IMG/VR virus record: IMGVR_UViG_3300036944_001243
Source: a virus
Taxonomy: Duplodnaviria; Heunggongvirae; Uroviricota; Caudoviricetes
Reading direction: 5' to 3' (one strand)
Length of the DNA stretch: 64,000 bases
In this document: piece by piece, positions 38,911 to 51,695 of the stretch
Numbering within the stretch: the first letter of the stretch is position 1
Layout of the letters: every line of letters begins with the position of its first letter
Notes under the pieces: generated by a model
The model's database searches: none
What the model was told of the DNA's origin: nothing
Seen by the model: only the letters and a program-made list of their open reading frames with translations
Position numbers and translations under genes: made by a program

Positions 38911-40003
38911 ATTTACAAACTAAAGTAAGCTTATGAAGCTCATTAGCAAGCATCGCGATTATTACGATCACATGGTTTCTAAATACGGCTTTGATGAAAG
39001 TCGTGTGTATGATCGCCGTGGAAAAATCGTGCATGATCCCTTTGCTTACTGGAATCAGTATTTGATTTCTATTTGTGGTATTTACTACCCAATCGTTGCT
39101 CATCATAAAACACAAAAACTATTTTTTGAACCCGACGAGCAGCTTAAATATTGGGAGAATGATTTCATTCGTCGTTATCGCGGCAAGAAGTCGCCGCTGA
39201 ATGAGAAATTTCGACAGCCCGTTTTGATGGACGCATCTGATATTGATGGTAAGGTTTCTTATTCGATTCCTCTATTGGCCAATTTCAAGTTTGCTTCTAT
39301 CATCGAGCCTGATGAAATGTATCAGAATATCTACAATTTTTTGGGCTGGCTAAAGGATAATCCCGAGCCGCCAAACACACAAACAAACAAAGACAAAATC
39401 GTTACTCACGGTTTTGACACGAAACGTTCTTTCAGACCACAAATTAAAGATTAAAAAACAATGGACCTATACGAATCAAATTGTTTGGTTGTTGATTGGG
39501 ATATTCTTCGTAAAGTCTTTGGCGAAAAATATTGGAACGACCATGAAAACATCATCTGTGTTCCGACAAACAGAATTACAGAAGAAGAGTTTGACAAACT
39601 TTTAGATTTTGATCTTGAAAAGATCGCCATCAAAGAAGAACAATTTCTAATCGCAGAATTATGAAAATCAATCTGCCGAATCCAGTGATCTTGGAATGTA
39701 TGGAGCTTTCTCCTAAGTTTCGAGAGTATGCACTTGGTTTAATATCGTCTCAAGACGGCAAACAGCAAATCGAAAATGTTTTTCTCCCTCTGCTGCGTTC
39801 TGGCCAAAAAATCGAAGCGATCAAAGCCCTGCGCACATATTCAAGGAATGATGAAAATCGTTTATTTACAATTAAAAATGCTTTTCCCGTCGAATTTGCT
39901 GTTTACGAAACAAATTGTGGCAGTATAATGACCCTTGCTTCTGCCCAAAAAATTGTTGAACTTTACGCTTGATCAAATTCAGAAGATCCGCTAGCCTCTA
40001 ACT

Positions 40004-40951
40004 ATGAAACAACACCTGCATGTCCGCTGGATGCCCAAGACTGACAAGACTTTTGTTCTGAACTTAGATAATGAATTCAGCCCATTCAAGAACAGCGAAA
40101 ATCTTTTCTTTCTCAAGCTGAAGCGTCTTACCTTCTACGGTGGCGAACCGCATCTTCAAATTGATGTCGATGCCATTGGCGAAGAAAATGTCTCTGGTGA
40201 TTTGATCATCACTCAGCGATACAATACAATTCAGGACTTCATGGATATTATCTTGGCTGTGGACGCTGCCCGCCGAATTGGCTTCAAGAGTATTCAACTG
40301 ATTCTTCCTTACTTTCCTGCGGCTCGACAAGACCGTGTTTGCAACAAGGGAGAACCACTGACAGTCAAGGTTTTTGCTGACATGATTAATTCTTGTGGCT
40401 TTGATCGTGTGTTTATTCTAGCTCCGCATAGCGAAGTGACTCCTGCACTACTCAATAACGTGGTTGTTTTGGATGAACTGGAATTTGTTGAAGCTGCAAT
40501 GCCAATCGCATGCCCTAGCCATTCCGATTCTACGATCAACGTGGTTTGTCCTGATGCTGGTGCTGGAAAGCGCGTTGGTAAAATCGCACAGTATCTCGCT
40601 ACCAAATACCCACAGAATACAATCAATCTGATTCGTTGTGAAAAGGTCCGTGATGTTCGTGATGGTAGCTTGAAAGAGTTCCATGTCCAAGCGGATGATC
40701 TTGGAGGCTATCCAACAATTATTTTCGATGATATTGTTTCTCTTGGTGGAACATTCATTGGTTTGGGCGAAGTTTTAAAGCAAAAAAATTGCGGCAAGCT
40801 GATGCTGTTCACTTCTCACGCAGACTGCATCGAAGGTCTGGAAAAGATGAAAAACTATTTCGACCATGTGTTTGTCACCAATTCGCGAAAAAATTGGAGC
40901 AACTATGGATCGATGCTCGACAAAATCACTACATTCGAAATCAAACTGTAA
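40004..40951 (+). CDS. ribose-phosphate pyrophosphokinase (Prs)-family protein; possibly ADP-ribose pyrophosphokinase (Adps) of an NAD-reconstitution pathway
   Basis: PRPP-synthetase motif PYFPAARQDR; adjacent to NAMPT-like gene. Confidence 0.6.
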   Translation: MKQHLHVRWMPKTDKTFVLNLDNEFSPFKNSENLFFLKLKRLTFYGGEPHLQIDVDAIGEENVSGDLIITQRYNTIQDFMDIILAVDAARRIGFKSIQLILPYFPAARQDRVCNKGEPLTVKVFADMINSCGFDRVFILAPHSEVTPALLNNVVVLDELEFVEAAMPIACPSHSDSTINVVCPDAGAGKRVGKIAQYLATKYPQNTINLIRCEKVRDVRDGSLKEFHVQADDLGGYPTIIFDDIVSLGGTFIGLGEVLKQKNCGKLMLFTSHADCIEGLEKMKNYFDHVFVTNSRKNWSNYGSMLDKITTFEIKL

Positions 40952-41593
40952 AACAAAATGGAATACTACTACGTTGCATGCGAAGCTTGTGATGAACAAA
41001 AGGTCAATCCCGAGTTCAAACATTACTTCCGCCTTTACAAGACTGTCGGAACTACTGCGGTTCTTGTTGAGCAGGGCCTAGCCATCAAAATCAATGATTG
41101 GGAACAAAGGTTTGGCGCGGTTTTTAAAAACGAGAATCCGTATCCTGAGCTTGACTGATTTTTCCTAAAAAAGTCTTGCATTACAAGCTGATCTGGGCAT
41201 AATGGTTCCAGATCAGCTTTCTGCTAACCTTAAAACACAAAAAATGAAATCTAAAACCCCAAAATGGAAACAAAACGTCATCCGCAAAATCAGGCGACAA
41301 CTGAGAGACAGTGGTTGGTATGGATGGTGCTGTTATTTTTCTGATCAACAAGCTAAATGGGTCTTTCACTTTGGTTTTAAATATTAAAAAATATGCACAA
41401 GTTCGTAGAATTTCTTATTGATACTTGGGTTTTGTTTTTGATCAGCCTTGCGATCTTTGGCATTGGTATTTTGTCTTCGACCGTGGGTTACATTGCCGTT
41501 TCCGTCTGGAGCGAAATTTTTCACTGAAAACCCTTGACTCAAAAACCAATCCAGCTATACTGTTCTCAGGCAGAGAAAGCCTACTAAAATATC

Positions 41594-43234
41594 ATGAACA
41601 CACTTGCTCCACTACTTATCGACGGTTACAAAGTTGACCATCGCCGCCAGTATCCCGCTAATAGCGAACTGGTCTTCTCTAATCTTACTGCTCGCGGCAC
41701 TCGCGTTAAGCGTGTCAATAAGGTGATCAGTTTCGGTCTTCAATACTTCATGAAGAAGTATCTGCTCGACGCATGGGAACGCACTTTCTTTTCTCGTCCT
41801 CTGGATGAAGTTACCAAGAAGTATGGTCGCCGCCTTCTGAATTATCTTGGCGTCAATAACATTGGCGATCAGCATATTCGTGACCTGCACGCTCTTGGCT
41901 ATCTGCCTCTTGAAATTTGGGCGCTTCCTGAAGGTAGCAATGTGAACCTGCGTGTTCCAATGTTTGTGGTCTTCAATACTGATGCTCGTTTCTTCTGGCT
42001 GACTAACGCTATTGAGACTATTCTGTCTTGTTCCACTTGGGGCTGTAGCACTAGCGCAACCACCGCTCTTATCTATCGTAAGATTTTCAATGAGTGGGCT
42101 GAAAAGACTAATCCTGAAATGATTGGATTTGTTCCATTCCAAGGACATGATTTCTCGTTCCGTGGTATGATGGGTCTTGAAGCTGCTACCATGAGTGGTG
42201 CTGCTCACCTTCTTAGCTTCGTCGGCACCGATACTCTTCCTGCGATTGATTTCCTTGAGGAGTATTACAATGCAGATAGCGACAAGGAAATGGTTGGCGT
42301 TTCAGTCGCGGCTACGGAACACAGCGTTATGTCTTTGGGTGGTATGAAGGATGAAGTTGAAACCTTCCGTCGTCTCATTGAAGACATTTACCCTGATAAC
42401 ATTGTTTCGATTGTCTCTGATACTTGGGACTTCTGGAATGTTGTCAATCCTGATGGTGGTATCTGCGCTCGTCTCAAGAGCAAGATCATGGCTCGCAATG
42501 GTAAGGTTGTGATTCGTCCTGACTCTGGTGATCCAGTTAAGATTGTGACTGGCTATACATTTAAAGAAGTTGAGAATATTTCTTGGCCACCAACATTTAC
42601 TGATGAATGCGAACGACTTATTTGTAAAGGTGAGGTGTATGAGTATGATGTAAAGCAATCCAATGAACGCCAAGGTCCAGTTTGGGTGCCATCCAAGACT
42701 ACGATTCTTGAAGTCAAAGGTATGATTCAGTGTCTTTGGGAAATCTTCGGTGGCACCATTACCAGCACAGGTTACAAGCAACTTGATAGTCATATCGGTG
42801 CAATCTACGGTGATTCTATCACTATCGGTCGTGCTGAAGAAATTTGCGAACGTCTCGCTGCTAAGGGATTTGCTTCGACCAACCTTGTGTATGGTATCGG
42901 AAGCTTCACCTATCAGGGTGCTATCACTATGGATGCCATCGTTACCCGTGACACTCACGGTTTCGCTGTCAAGAGCACCTATGGAGAAGTTACCGTTGAT
43001 GGCAAGACAAAGGGTGTTGAAATCTTCAAAGACCCTAAGACTGATGACGGACTCAAGAAGAGCGCCAAGGGTCTGATTGCTGTCTACGAAAAGGATGGTG
43101 AGTTTGTCATGAAGGATCAAGCTACTTGGGAAGAAGTTAAGAATTGCGCCTTTGAACAGGTGTTCAAGGATGGCGTGATTACCAAGGAACAGACCCTGAG
43201 TGGTATTCGCGAACTGGTCGCCAAGAACTTCTAA
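41594..43234 (+). CDS. nicotinamide phosphoribosyltransferase (NAMPT/NadV)-family protein; possibly Namat
   Basis: 546 aa, N-terminal LLIDGYKVDHRRQYP and overall length typical of NAMPT family. Confidence 0.65.
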   Translation: MNTLAPLLIDGYKVDHRRQYPANSELVFSNLTARGTRVKRVNKVISFGLQYFMKKYLLDAWERTFFSRPLDEVTKKYGRRLLNYLGVNNIGDQHIRDLHALGYLPLEIWALPEGSNVNLRVPMFVVFNTDARFFWLTNAIETILSCSTWGCSTSATTALIYRKIFNEWAEKTNPEMIGFVPFQGHDFSFRGMMGLEAATMSGAAHLLSFVGTDTLPAIDFLEEYYNADSDKEMVGVSVAATEHSVMSLGGMKDEVETFRRLIEDIYPDNIVSIVSDTWDFWNVVNPDGGICARLKSKIMARNGKVVIRPDSGDPVKIVTGYTFKEVENISWPPTFTDECERLICKGEVYEYDVKQSNERQGPVWVPSKTTILEVKGMIQCLWEIFGGTITSTGYKQLDSHIGAIYGDSITIGRAEEICERLAAKGFASTNLVYGIGSFTYQGAITMDAIVTRDTHGFAVKSTYGEVTVDGKTKGVEIFKDPKTDDGLKKSAKGLIAVYEKDGEFVMKDQATWEEVKNCAFEQVFKDGVITKEQTLSGIRELVAKNF

Positions 43235-43894
43235 TATGCAAAAATTCACAGTCATATGGGAATATGTGCATCCCGCAGTAAATACGTGCATTCAAACTCA
43301 AAAAACATTTGTTCTTGCAAAAACATTAGAATCTGCTAAAACTGTAGCAACTCCTCCAAGCGTAGTTCGCTTTGTTTATGAAGGACATTTGAAGCCTGTG
43401 TTTGATTGTTACAATGACGATACTGTAATCACAATCCCATAAGCTATTCAAGGTCGTCCTCTCGGACCTATACGAGAGATTACATTTCAGCCTCTGCAAT
43501 GAGGGCATCATAGCTCGCAACGAGTGCGATGAGCGACCTGATCAGGGGTTGAAATGTAGTAACTCTTAACACAATGCTTATGGAAGAAACAATTACAATC
43601 ACACGAAAAGAATATAACCAACTTCTGGAGGATTCTAATAAGCTCCGTTGTTTGGAGAATAACGGAGTAGATAATTGGACATGGTATGGTGAAGCTATGA
43701 AAGAGTTTTACGCAGAACAAGAAGAATAATCAATCAATGAACTGGACAATCAAAAACATCGGCTATCGCTGCCGCTACTATTGGAAAGCAGCATGGAATT
43801 TCTTAGGTTTTTGCCCCAAATGCTGGACCTCTGTAAACTACACAGCTTCAGGCCGAGCAATTTGTCCAAAATGCGGTAAATAAAACCAATTAAA

Positions 43895-44401
43895 ATGAAA
43901 CCAATCGAAATCAAAGCACCAAATCCATTGAGCTACGATGGACCCCTAAAAACAAAAGTATTTCTTGCTGGCAGCATCGAAATGGGCGCGGCTAAAAAGT
44001 GGCAAGAGGACATTGTGGACAAGTTGGGCCTACATGTGCTGGCTTACAATGAGGTTTCGGAATCTCTTGAGCCTGACGTTGTTTTCCTGAATCCTCGCCG
44101 CGAAGACTGGGACAGCACTTGGGACCAAGAATCAGATCAGTTCAACGAACAAGTCTTGTGGGAGTTGAATATGCTCTATCGGGCCGATGTTATTGTCGTG
44201 TATTTTGATCCCAACACTAAATCGCCCATCTCACTGCTAGAACTGGGTCTATTTGCAAGCAGCAAAAAACTAATTGTTTGTTGCCCCGATGGATTCTGGC
44301 GCAAAGGAAACGTGCGAATTGTTTGTGAGCTTTATAATATCCCACTTTTCAACGATTACGATCAGTGGGTGGCAACAATCCAAGAAAAACTCGAAAAATG
44401 A
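43895..44401 (+). CDS. nucleoside 2-deoxyribosyltransferase-like protein (paralog of first ORF)
   Basis: KVFLAGSIEMG...VYFDPNTKSPISLLELGLFASSKKLIVCCPDGFWRKGN. Confidence 0.45.
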   Translation: MKPIEIKAPNPLSYDGPLKTKVFLAGSIEMGAAKKWQEDIVDKLGLHVLAYNEVSESLEPDVVFLNPRREDWDSTWDQESDQFNEQVLWELNMLYRADVIVVYFDPNTKSPISLLELGLFASSKKLIVCCPDGFWRKGNVRIVCELYNIPLFNDYDQWVATIQEKLEK

Positions 44402-47114
44402 TCGTCAAAAGCATTTCAATCGAAGAACTGAAAAAAGACTACTCCACACGCAATGGCTTTGTTTTCTTTGCCGTTGCTGATTGTGACAGCAAAACGTGCG
44501 AAGAAGCCGCAATTGGCATTAAAAAAAGGGATTTTACCACCGAAATGCCAGAATTTGTCGGCCAGATAAACGCAAGAGCATTTGCTTTCGTTTATGCTGA
44601 AGGGGTTTCATTTGATTGCCCGAATTTCCTTGACTTTTGCAGTCATTGGAGTATGATGACTGGAGCTTTCCGAGTGGACGCTCTCGCCGCTTGGCTAAAA
44701 GAACAATCATAAACAATATTACAAATGAAAAATAAAAGCCTGATTGACCTCAAACTCGCTAAGAAACTATACGATGAATTTGCCAAGGTTTGGAATCCTG
44801 ATGAGCAATTGAGCCTCACAGTAAATGTCCTTGGACATGATGTTGAATACATTTTTGATCTGTATCATCCTTTTAATGCTGATGGTGATTGGTCTTGTGG
44901 TAATTTTATTTATTTGGAATTCTCCGAATACAAAGCTTCAAAAGAAGCTAATAAATTTTTCGATAGTTTGTTCGACTATTCATTTGATATTGCAGGTGGC
45001 GGAGCGGTTCATACCGCTCAACTGAAACTCGAAAAGAATTTAAAGGGCTTGTATAAAGCCGAAGAAAAAATCAATAAGCACCTCCAAGACATTAAAATTT
45101 CTCAAAAGGCATTTTGTGCGTGTTTCAAAACCCTTTCGAAAAACACTCTACTTCCTTGGGTTACTGTTAGTGCTGCTCTTAGTAATTTGAGTGCTGCTCC
45201 GAAGCCAATCGAAGTGAAGCTTAATGGTTCATACACTGCTGAGATTGTTCCTAATAACACGACCATTCAAGTCGGATGCCTGAGTATTCCTATTGCCAAA
45301 ATTCGTGAAGTTCTCGCAACTTACGATAAAATCTCAAACAATTAATGAACGCGCTAATTAATATCCTCGCTTGGGTTTCGTTTCTCGTCACGGGTTTTTA
45401 TTTTTCAATCGTGCTTTTTACGATTGGTCTTTGCATGGCTAGTAAAGTAAAGGTGACGATCCGAATCAGACCGATTTTTCTTTTTACTTTGGCTCTTTTT
45501 GTATGGCCAATCGTGTATTTTTTCTCAATTTAAAATCAAAAATTCCTGAAAAAAAAGTTTGACAAAACCCCAAACATTATCTAAAGTAACAACATGAAAA
45601 CGACTGCATCAAAAAAGAACGACCTGCTGAATCCAACTCCAGCACAAATCAAGTATCGCAACCGTAAGTGGGCCGAGGCTCTTCTTGCGAATAAGAAGAA
45701 AAAGCGCAACAAAATGTATGGCAATGGCGGACGTTGTTGTTTGGCTGTGGCACAAGATGTTGCTTGTGAACTTGGAATTGGTAATTACAGGGGCCATGAT
45801 GAGCATCAGCCTCATTGTAATGTTGGCTTGTTCTTCGGATGGGATCGTGAAACTAATCCTTCTCTTGATGTCGCTACGAAAGACAAGCAATGGCGAAAGC
45901 TTGACGCTGTTAGTTTGAACGACGGTATTAGTCTTAGCGATAACAAGAAGCATCAGTTCCACGGACTTAGCCATGCACAAATCGCAGAGTGTGTTTTGAA
46001 CACTTACGTTCATCCTAAGAACAAGAAGCAAACGTTTAAGTTCTAAATTATAACAAAAAAAAAATAACAAAAATATGAATATCGGAGATAAGGTAGTATG
46101 TAATAAGGCGGCAGGTTCAACTTTCCTTCGCACTTGGAAGAAATATGAATTGGTTAGCGAGAATCAACATGGTAATTGGCAAGTTAAGGAAGTTGATACT
46201 GGTTTGCTTTCTACGCATTGGTATAAGGCTGATCGTTTTGAAGTGATCGAAACCGCCAAGAAGCCTGCTGTTGCCAAGCATATCGGAACTATGAACAGCA
46301 CACCAACCAAATTGAATTTGGAAGCTCGATACAAGACTCGATCAGGTCTTTTGGTTAAGCTTTACACCAATGAAGGTGCGGACCCAAAGAGTCCTGTTGT
46401 CGGATCTTATCGTAGGGAAACTGGAGATTGGGTTAATTGCGCATGGCAGGCAGACGGAAAGTATCCATTTGGCAATACATTTGATCTTGTCGAACTGCCC
46501 TACAGCATTGAAATTCCAATCGAAGACAAAGGAAAAGCAATTGTCTATAATGATGGTTCTGTTTATTTGGAACAGTGCGGGAGTCAAGTCACTCTCAACG
46601 AACAAAACCTTCGTGACATTTACGCCGCTCTTTTGCGTATAGTTTGATATTGAATCTGCAATCCTGAGCATGACGTTAAAGGGCTCGCTTTTTTAACATT
46701 TTAAAATCAAAAACATGAAATTTATCACAGCAATTCTCGCCGCCTCCTGCCTCCTTCTTTCTAGCTGCACTGATGCAGAACGCGCCAAGATAGGCGGGTT
46801 TGGCGACAGGTTCAAGGTTGAAATGTATTCTGGTGGAGTTAAGGTGCGCGAGTGGACTTCCTCTGGCAAGGTGCATTCAGAAGCTCAGTCTGATGGTTAC
46901 TACTTCAATGATCAGCAAACTGGTTCATTGGTAGAGGTCAGCGGAGATGTTGTTATCACTCCTCTTGACTGAGGTAATCAGCATGTTGCTAAAGCTTACA
47001 ATCACTGTTGTCATCATTGCGCTCGTTGCGCTCTTCATTTGGGCTAGTGATGACTTCGATGACCAAGACATACCGTAAAAACTAGGTAGAGCCCCGAAGA
47101 AAAGAAAAAAAATC

Positions 47115-47663
47115 ATGCAAGAAGAATGGCGCGATATTGTGGGATATGAGGGATTGTATCAGGTTTCTAATTTGGGGCAAATAAGGAATAGTAAAAAAGG
47201 GAAATTTTTAACTCTTTACGTAAGCGAGGGAAACGCAAATCACAAAGCTTACCGAACGACATTAAGTAATAAAAAAGCTCGAAAGTTTTTTGTTCACCGA
47301 TTAGTGGCGCAAGCATTTATTCTGAATCCTGATAATAAACCAGAGGTCGATCATATTGATCGAGACTCTTTGAATAATCATGTTTCTAATTTGCGGTGGG
47401 TCACTCCAAACGAGAACCAAATCAATACAGAAAAATTCAAAACAAAAGATTTTTCATCTACGTATAAGGGCGTTTCAAGGAGTAGAAATAAGTGGAGAGC
47501 CGTATTAGCATCAGCCACTTTTAAACACCTCGGGACTTATAATTGTCATCATGCCGCAGCCCGAAAATACAATCATCGTGTTTTAGAAGTCTTTGGCGAA
47601 TATGCCTACCTAAATAATGTAGCAAACTGTGATTGTGAGGAATGTAATGCCCTAAAAGCATGA
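47115..47663 (+). CDS. HNH homing endonuclease (NUMOD4 + HNH_3 type)
   Basis: WRDIVGYEGLYQVSNLGQIR (NUMOD4) and VDHIDRDSLNNHVSNLRWVTPNEN. Confidence 0.75.
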   Translation: MQEEWRDIVGYEGLYQVSNLGQIRNSKKGKFLTLYVSEGNANHKAYRTTLSNKKARKFFVHRLVAQAFILNPDNKPEVDHIDRDSLNNHVSNLRWVTPNENQINTEKFKTKDFSSTYKGVSRSRNKWRAVLASATFKHLGTYNCHHAAARKYNHRVLEVFGEYAYLNNVANCDCEECNALKA

Positions 47664-49046
47664 TTACAAACGATGTTCAAAGTGTTTGGGGCCTTGATTG
47701 TTTATTTATGATTTATAAATCACGTTTGGGATAAACAAACAAACGATTTGTGCGACATTCTGACGCAGTTGTTTGCGAACCTGCGACAACTTGACACAGT
47801 GGAATAAAAGAGGCTTTTCTAGAGGGAAAAAAGAGGATGAAAAAAGAGCTTTTTTAGAGGGTTTTAATTGCGAAATTGATCGTTTCAAATACGCAGAAAT
47901 CCTTGATTTATCAAGGTTTCTACGACCCCCTACACACCCCCCACATCATAAGTAATATACATAGAAACAAACAAAGGAAAACATGTTGGTGAGGATGTTG
48001 ATGAAGAGAGTGGTGGATGGGGAGTGATTTACCGAGCTTCAATCTCCCAAAACAAATTCTTCTGTTAGAAACCCACATTTTCCGCTTGCAAAAAAACCCT
48101 ACATCCCTTATACTGCAAGGAAATGAAGAGATTCACACTCAACACACTGGCGTTTTTTTTCGGGATCGTGATGGCTCCTGTCGTCGCCACAATCTGCGCA
48201 ATCATTACATTTTTTAAGGTGTTTGCGGTGTTCTGGGGCGACTGTTTCGCAGCCGTAGAAGACGTAATGGCAAACAAAACCGAACCAAATACACAACAAA
48301 CAGTTTGGGATCGTCATATTGAGCGCCAATCACAAAAAAATAAAAACACAAATAGCGGTGATTAAATCGACCGCTTCAACAGATTCAAACTTGATTATCT
48401 AATCGTTTATTGTTGGTTTTTCTGATCTCAATCTTATAGTCGTCGGCTTTGCCTATTCCCAAGGATGATGATGTGCGGGTTTTCCCTTGATCAAATTACG
48501 AACGATAACGTGCTAAATAACATGTTATATATGGCGTAGATTATTGTGGCGCAACCCACTCACACTATATATTACACAATCGCGAATGATTTTCCAGTAA
48601 ATAAATAAAAATATGAACCAAATTACAAAAGAAAACGAGCCAAATAACTACGAGCCGAAGCCAACGCTCTCCAATCTACAGCAGCGCAACCTACAAAAAC
48701 AATATGCGCGGCTAATGAACCTCATTCCTACAGGCAAGCACAAGAATCAGCGCGGCCAGAAGGGTGCCTTCGGCAAGAGCAAATTCCTTAATCGCAAATA
48801 AACAAAAGGCAAATAAGCCGCCGCCAAATATGAATCAAAGAGAGCGAAATAAACAGGCAGACCTTGAACTACTGCGTCAATTTGTCGCACTCATACCAAA
48901 GGTTCTTTTTATTGGTTTTGTGGTGGTTTTGGTTGTTTTGGAGATCATTAGTATTTTTAAATCGTTTTAAGGGTTTTTTAGTCTGCTGATTTTTTAGTCA
49001 AAAAAAAGTTGACGCGCATCGGAAGAGCAGGTAACGTGTTCCCAAC

Positions 49047-49307
49047 ATGAGCAACGAACCAACCGCCAAGCGCCGAGGCCGACCAGCAGGTAGCAACAGT
49101 TTTGTGAAAGTCAAGATCACTGATCTGATCAGTCTGATTGGAAACAATGGTGTTGTGCCTGTCAGCAAGGTGTGGCTGCGTGAAATGGGTGTGGCTGTGG
49201 CAGAAGTCGCGCCGATCCAGATTGCCGCTGCCGTCGAGCCTGTAGCCGAAGAAGAAAAAATCTCCTTTAGCTTCACGACATTCGATGATGAAAATGATGA
49301 AGAATGA
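49047..49307 (+). CDS. small AT-hook-like DNA-binding protein
   Basis: KRRGRPAGS AT-hook motif, acidic C-terminus. Confidence 0.3.
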   Translation: MSNEPTAKRRGRPAGSNSFVKVKITDLISLIGNNGVVPVSKVWLREMGVAVAEVAPIQIAAAVEPVAEEEKISFSFTTFDDENDEE

Positions 49308-49366
49308 TGTTGACACCCTGCATTCTCTGATTCATTCTCTCTCCAGCAACCAAACCAACTGACCTT

Positions 49367-50266
49367 ATGTTCACAGACCTCATCGGACAACCTCAGATCA
49401 AAAGTTCTCTTGCCTTCTACGTGGAAGGTGCAAAGCGTGGTGGCGCAGTGCCGCCGCTTCTTTTCACTGGTGCGCGTGGACTGGGCAAGACCGAGTTCGC
49501 CCGCAAGATGGCCAAGGCACTCAAGAAACCTTTGCTTGAACTCAACTGCTCGACCATCAAGAACAACACGCAATTCTTTGAACAGATTTTCGTGCCTGTT
49601 GTGATGAACAACGAAGTGACGATTCTTTTCGATGAGTGCCACGCGCTGCCCAAGGAACTGCAAAATGCATTTCTTACGGTCTTCAACGTGGAGAAAGCCA
49701 GCCGCAAGAGTTTCGAGTGGCAGGGTTCTTCGATGGAGTTCGACTTTACCAAGCAAACTTATTTGTTTGCTACGACTGAGCCTGACAAGATTTTCACCCC
49801 ACTCAAAGATCGTTTCGAAGAAATTGATTTTCGTCCTTACAAGGATACTGAGCTTGGTGAGATTCTGAACAAGCGTATTGATTGGGTGGAGTTTACAGAC
49901 GATATTCTTCCTGTCATTACCGAAACGCTGCGCGGCAATGCTCGCTCTGCTGTCAAGCGGTCCAAACAAATTGAATTGTTCTGTGAGACGAAGAACAGCA
50001 TCAGGTTCGGCGCAAGCGAATGGAAGGAAATGTGTGATACGCTCGGCATCAAGCCAAATGGTCTGACCAATTCAGAAGTGCAGGTTTTGCACATCCTCAA
50101 GGAACGTGGTGCATGCACGCTGGCTATGCTCAGTGCCGCAACTGGATTGTCAAGGACCGCTCTGCAACGTGATGTCGAAATGCATCTTCTGCGCAAAGGT
50201 TACATGCGAATCAATGGACTGCGCGAAATTACTGGTGCAGGTCACAACGCTCTCTCCAAGGTCTGA
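49367..50266 (+). CDS. AAA+ ATPase, RuvB-like (Holliday-junction helicase-like) with C-terminal winged helix
   Basis: Walker A GARGLGKTEFARKMA; sensor region ETLRGNARSAVKRS; 299 aa. Confidence 0.5.
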   Translation: MFTDLIGQPQIKSSLAFYVEGAKRGGAVPPLLFTGARGLGKTEFARKMAKALKKPLLELNCSTIKNNTQFFEQIFVPVVMNNEVTILFDECHALPKELQNAFLTVFNVEKASRKSFEWQGSSMEFDFTKQTYLFATTEPDKIFTPLKDRFEEIDFRPYKDTELGEILNKRIDWVEFTDDILPVITETLRGNARSAVKRSKQIELFCETKNSIRFGASEWKEMCDTLGIKPNGLTNSEVQVLHILKERGACTLAMLSAATGLSRTALQRDVEMHLLRKGYMRINGLREITGAGHNALSKV

Positions 50267-50273
50267 GAAAAAA

Positions 50274-50304
50274 CGGGTGGGGGGAGCGATTCCCCCCACC
50301 TTTT
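50274..50304 (+). terminator. rho-independent terminator GGTGGGGGG-loop-CCCCCCACC + T-run
   Basis: 9-bp G/C stem then TTTTC. Confidence 0.75.
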
Positions 50305-51614
50305 CTATTGACACTCACCATCCAACAGATTAATCTCGCCCCGACATGAAACCTCTCAACTACATCATCAGCAACTACGGTCTTGGCATTGCAATCGGCA
50401 TCACTGGCGACAAGCAACTTGCCGAGCAGGACGCAATCCTTGCAGAAAACATCTATGGATCAAACCACTCAGACGATCTGTTTGCTAGTCTTGTTTACAT
50501 GGCTAGCGTGCGACAATTCCAAAAGTTCCTCACGCTGAAAGAATACTTCTTGATTTGGGACGAACACTGGGGTAAGAACAAAGTCGCTGGTCGCCGCGAT
50601 CCCGCGCTGATTCTCCAGTTCACTCGCCGCGCCATCAAGCGTGCGCGTCTTATCATGGAAAGCAATGTTTCTTTTGAAAATTTCATGAGCGGGATCTCTG
50701 CTCGTAACAACACATACGAAATTGGTGGTTATCAAGACGAAGCCGCCGAAGCCTAATAAAACAAAATGATTACTCTCATCAAGTGGAGCAACGGCAGCAT
50801 CAATAAATTCCACAAGGGCGATCCAAATATCAAGGACTTTGTGCAGTGGAAGAAACAAAAGAATCCTGAATTGCGCATTGTGCTTCGTTATAATGCAAAA
50901 CCCGAAAACCTTTAATACTAAATAACATGAAAATCGGAGATAAAGTAAAAAGAATCAAAGAACACCAAGGTAGTTGGTGGTCAGGCTACTGCGCTAAAAA
51001 GGGATATTCTCCTGATCAAATCTTTACAATCAAAAATACTAAGACTAATAACTTATCATTTTTCCTTGAAGAAATGGAATATTCTTTGGGTTTTGATGCT
51101 GATAGGTTTGAACTTGCTCAACTTACTCCTGAACAAGAGTATGAAGAAGCCAAGAAACTAATTGGTAAGACTATTCTGGTTAAGGGAACTACTATCAAGT
51201 ATAAAGTAAGCAACGTTATCATTCGTAGAGATAACGACGAAGCTGGAATTTCTGGTTCGTGTATTTCTTTCCTCGAAAAGCATGGTTATGTTGTAGCGAT
51301 TAAGGGTGATGGTCTTAGTCGTCCATTTCCTGACGTTGTTGAATGTGGCAAAGAGATTAACGTCAAGCTCAACGATAAGCACGATGCTATCGTCACTAAG
51401 GACGGTATCAAGGTTGGATGCCAAACATTCTCCCATGATATTGTATACAAACTCAAGAACGCAATCGAAGAAATCAACAAGTAAATAACAAAAAAGGCAG
51501 GTTCTATCCCTGCCAAATAACAAAACGCCAAATAATAAAAGGACAAATAGCAAACGCCTAAATAGTTAATAATAGGGTATAGGGATAGGAGGGGGAGGGG
51601 GCCTATCTCATCTG

Positions 51615-51695
51615 TTGTAAGTCTTTGATTTTCAAGGAGTTATGGAGGCGGGGCCGCCCTGCGTTTGTAACTCTTTGATTTTCAAGCACTTACAG
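51615..51695. repeat. triple-hairpin cassette copy 1 (IR GTAAGTC..GAGTTAT / GC hairpin / IR GTAACTC..CACTTAC), degenerate
   Basis: member of 9-copy family. Confidence 0.6.

Noticed and set aside
41612-43291. Minus-strand ORFs 41612..42208 and 42302..43291
   Set aside because: Antisense to the well-supported NAMPT-like gene.
48998-49969. 323-aa minus-strand ORF
   Set aside because: Antisense to the AT-hook ORF and to the AAA+ gene with clear Walker A on the plus strand; judged a shadow ORF in a GC-richer segment.
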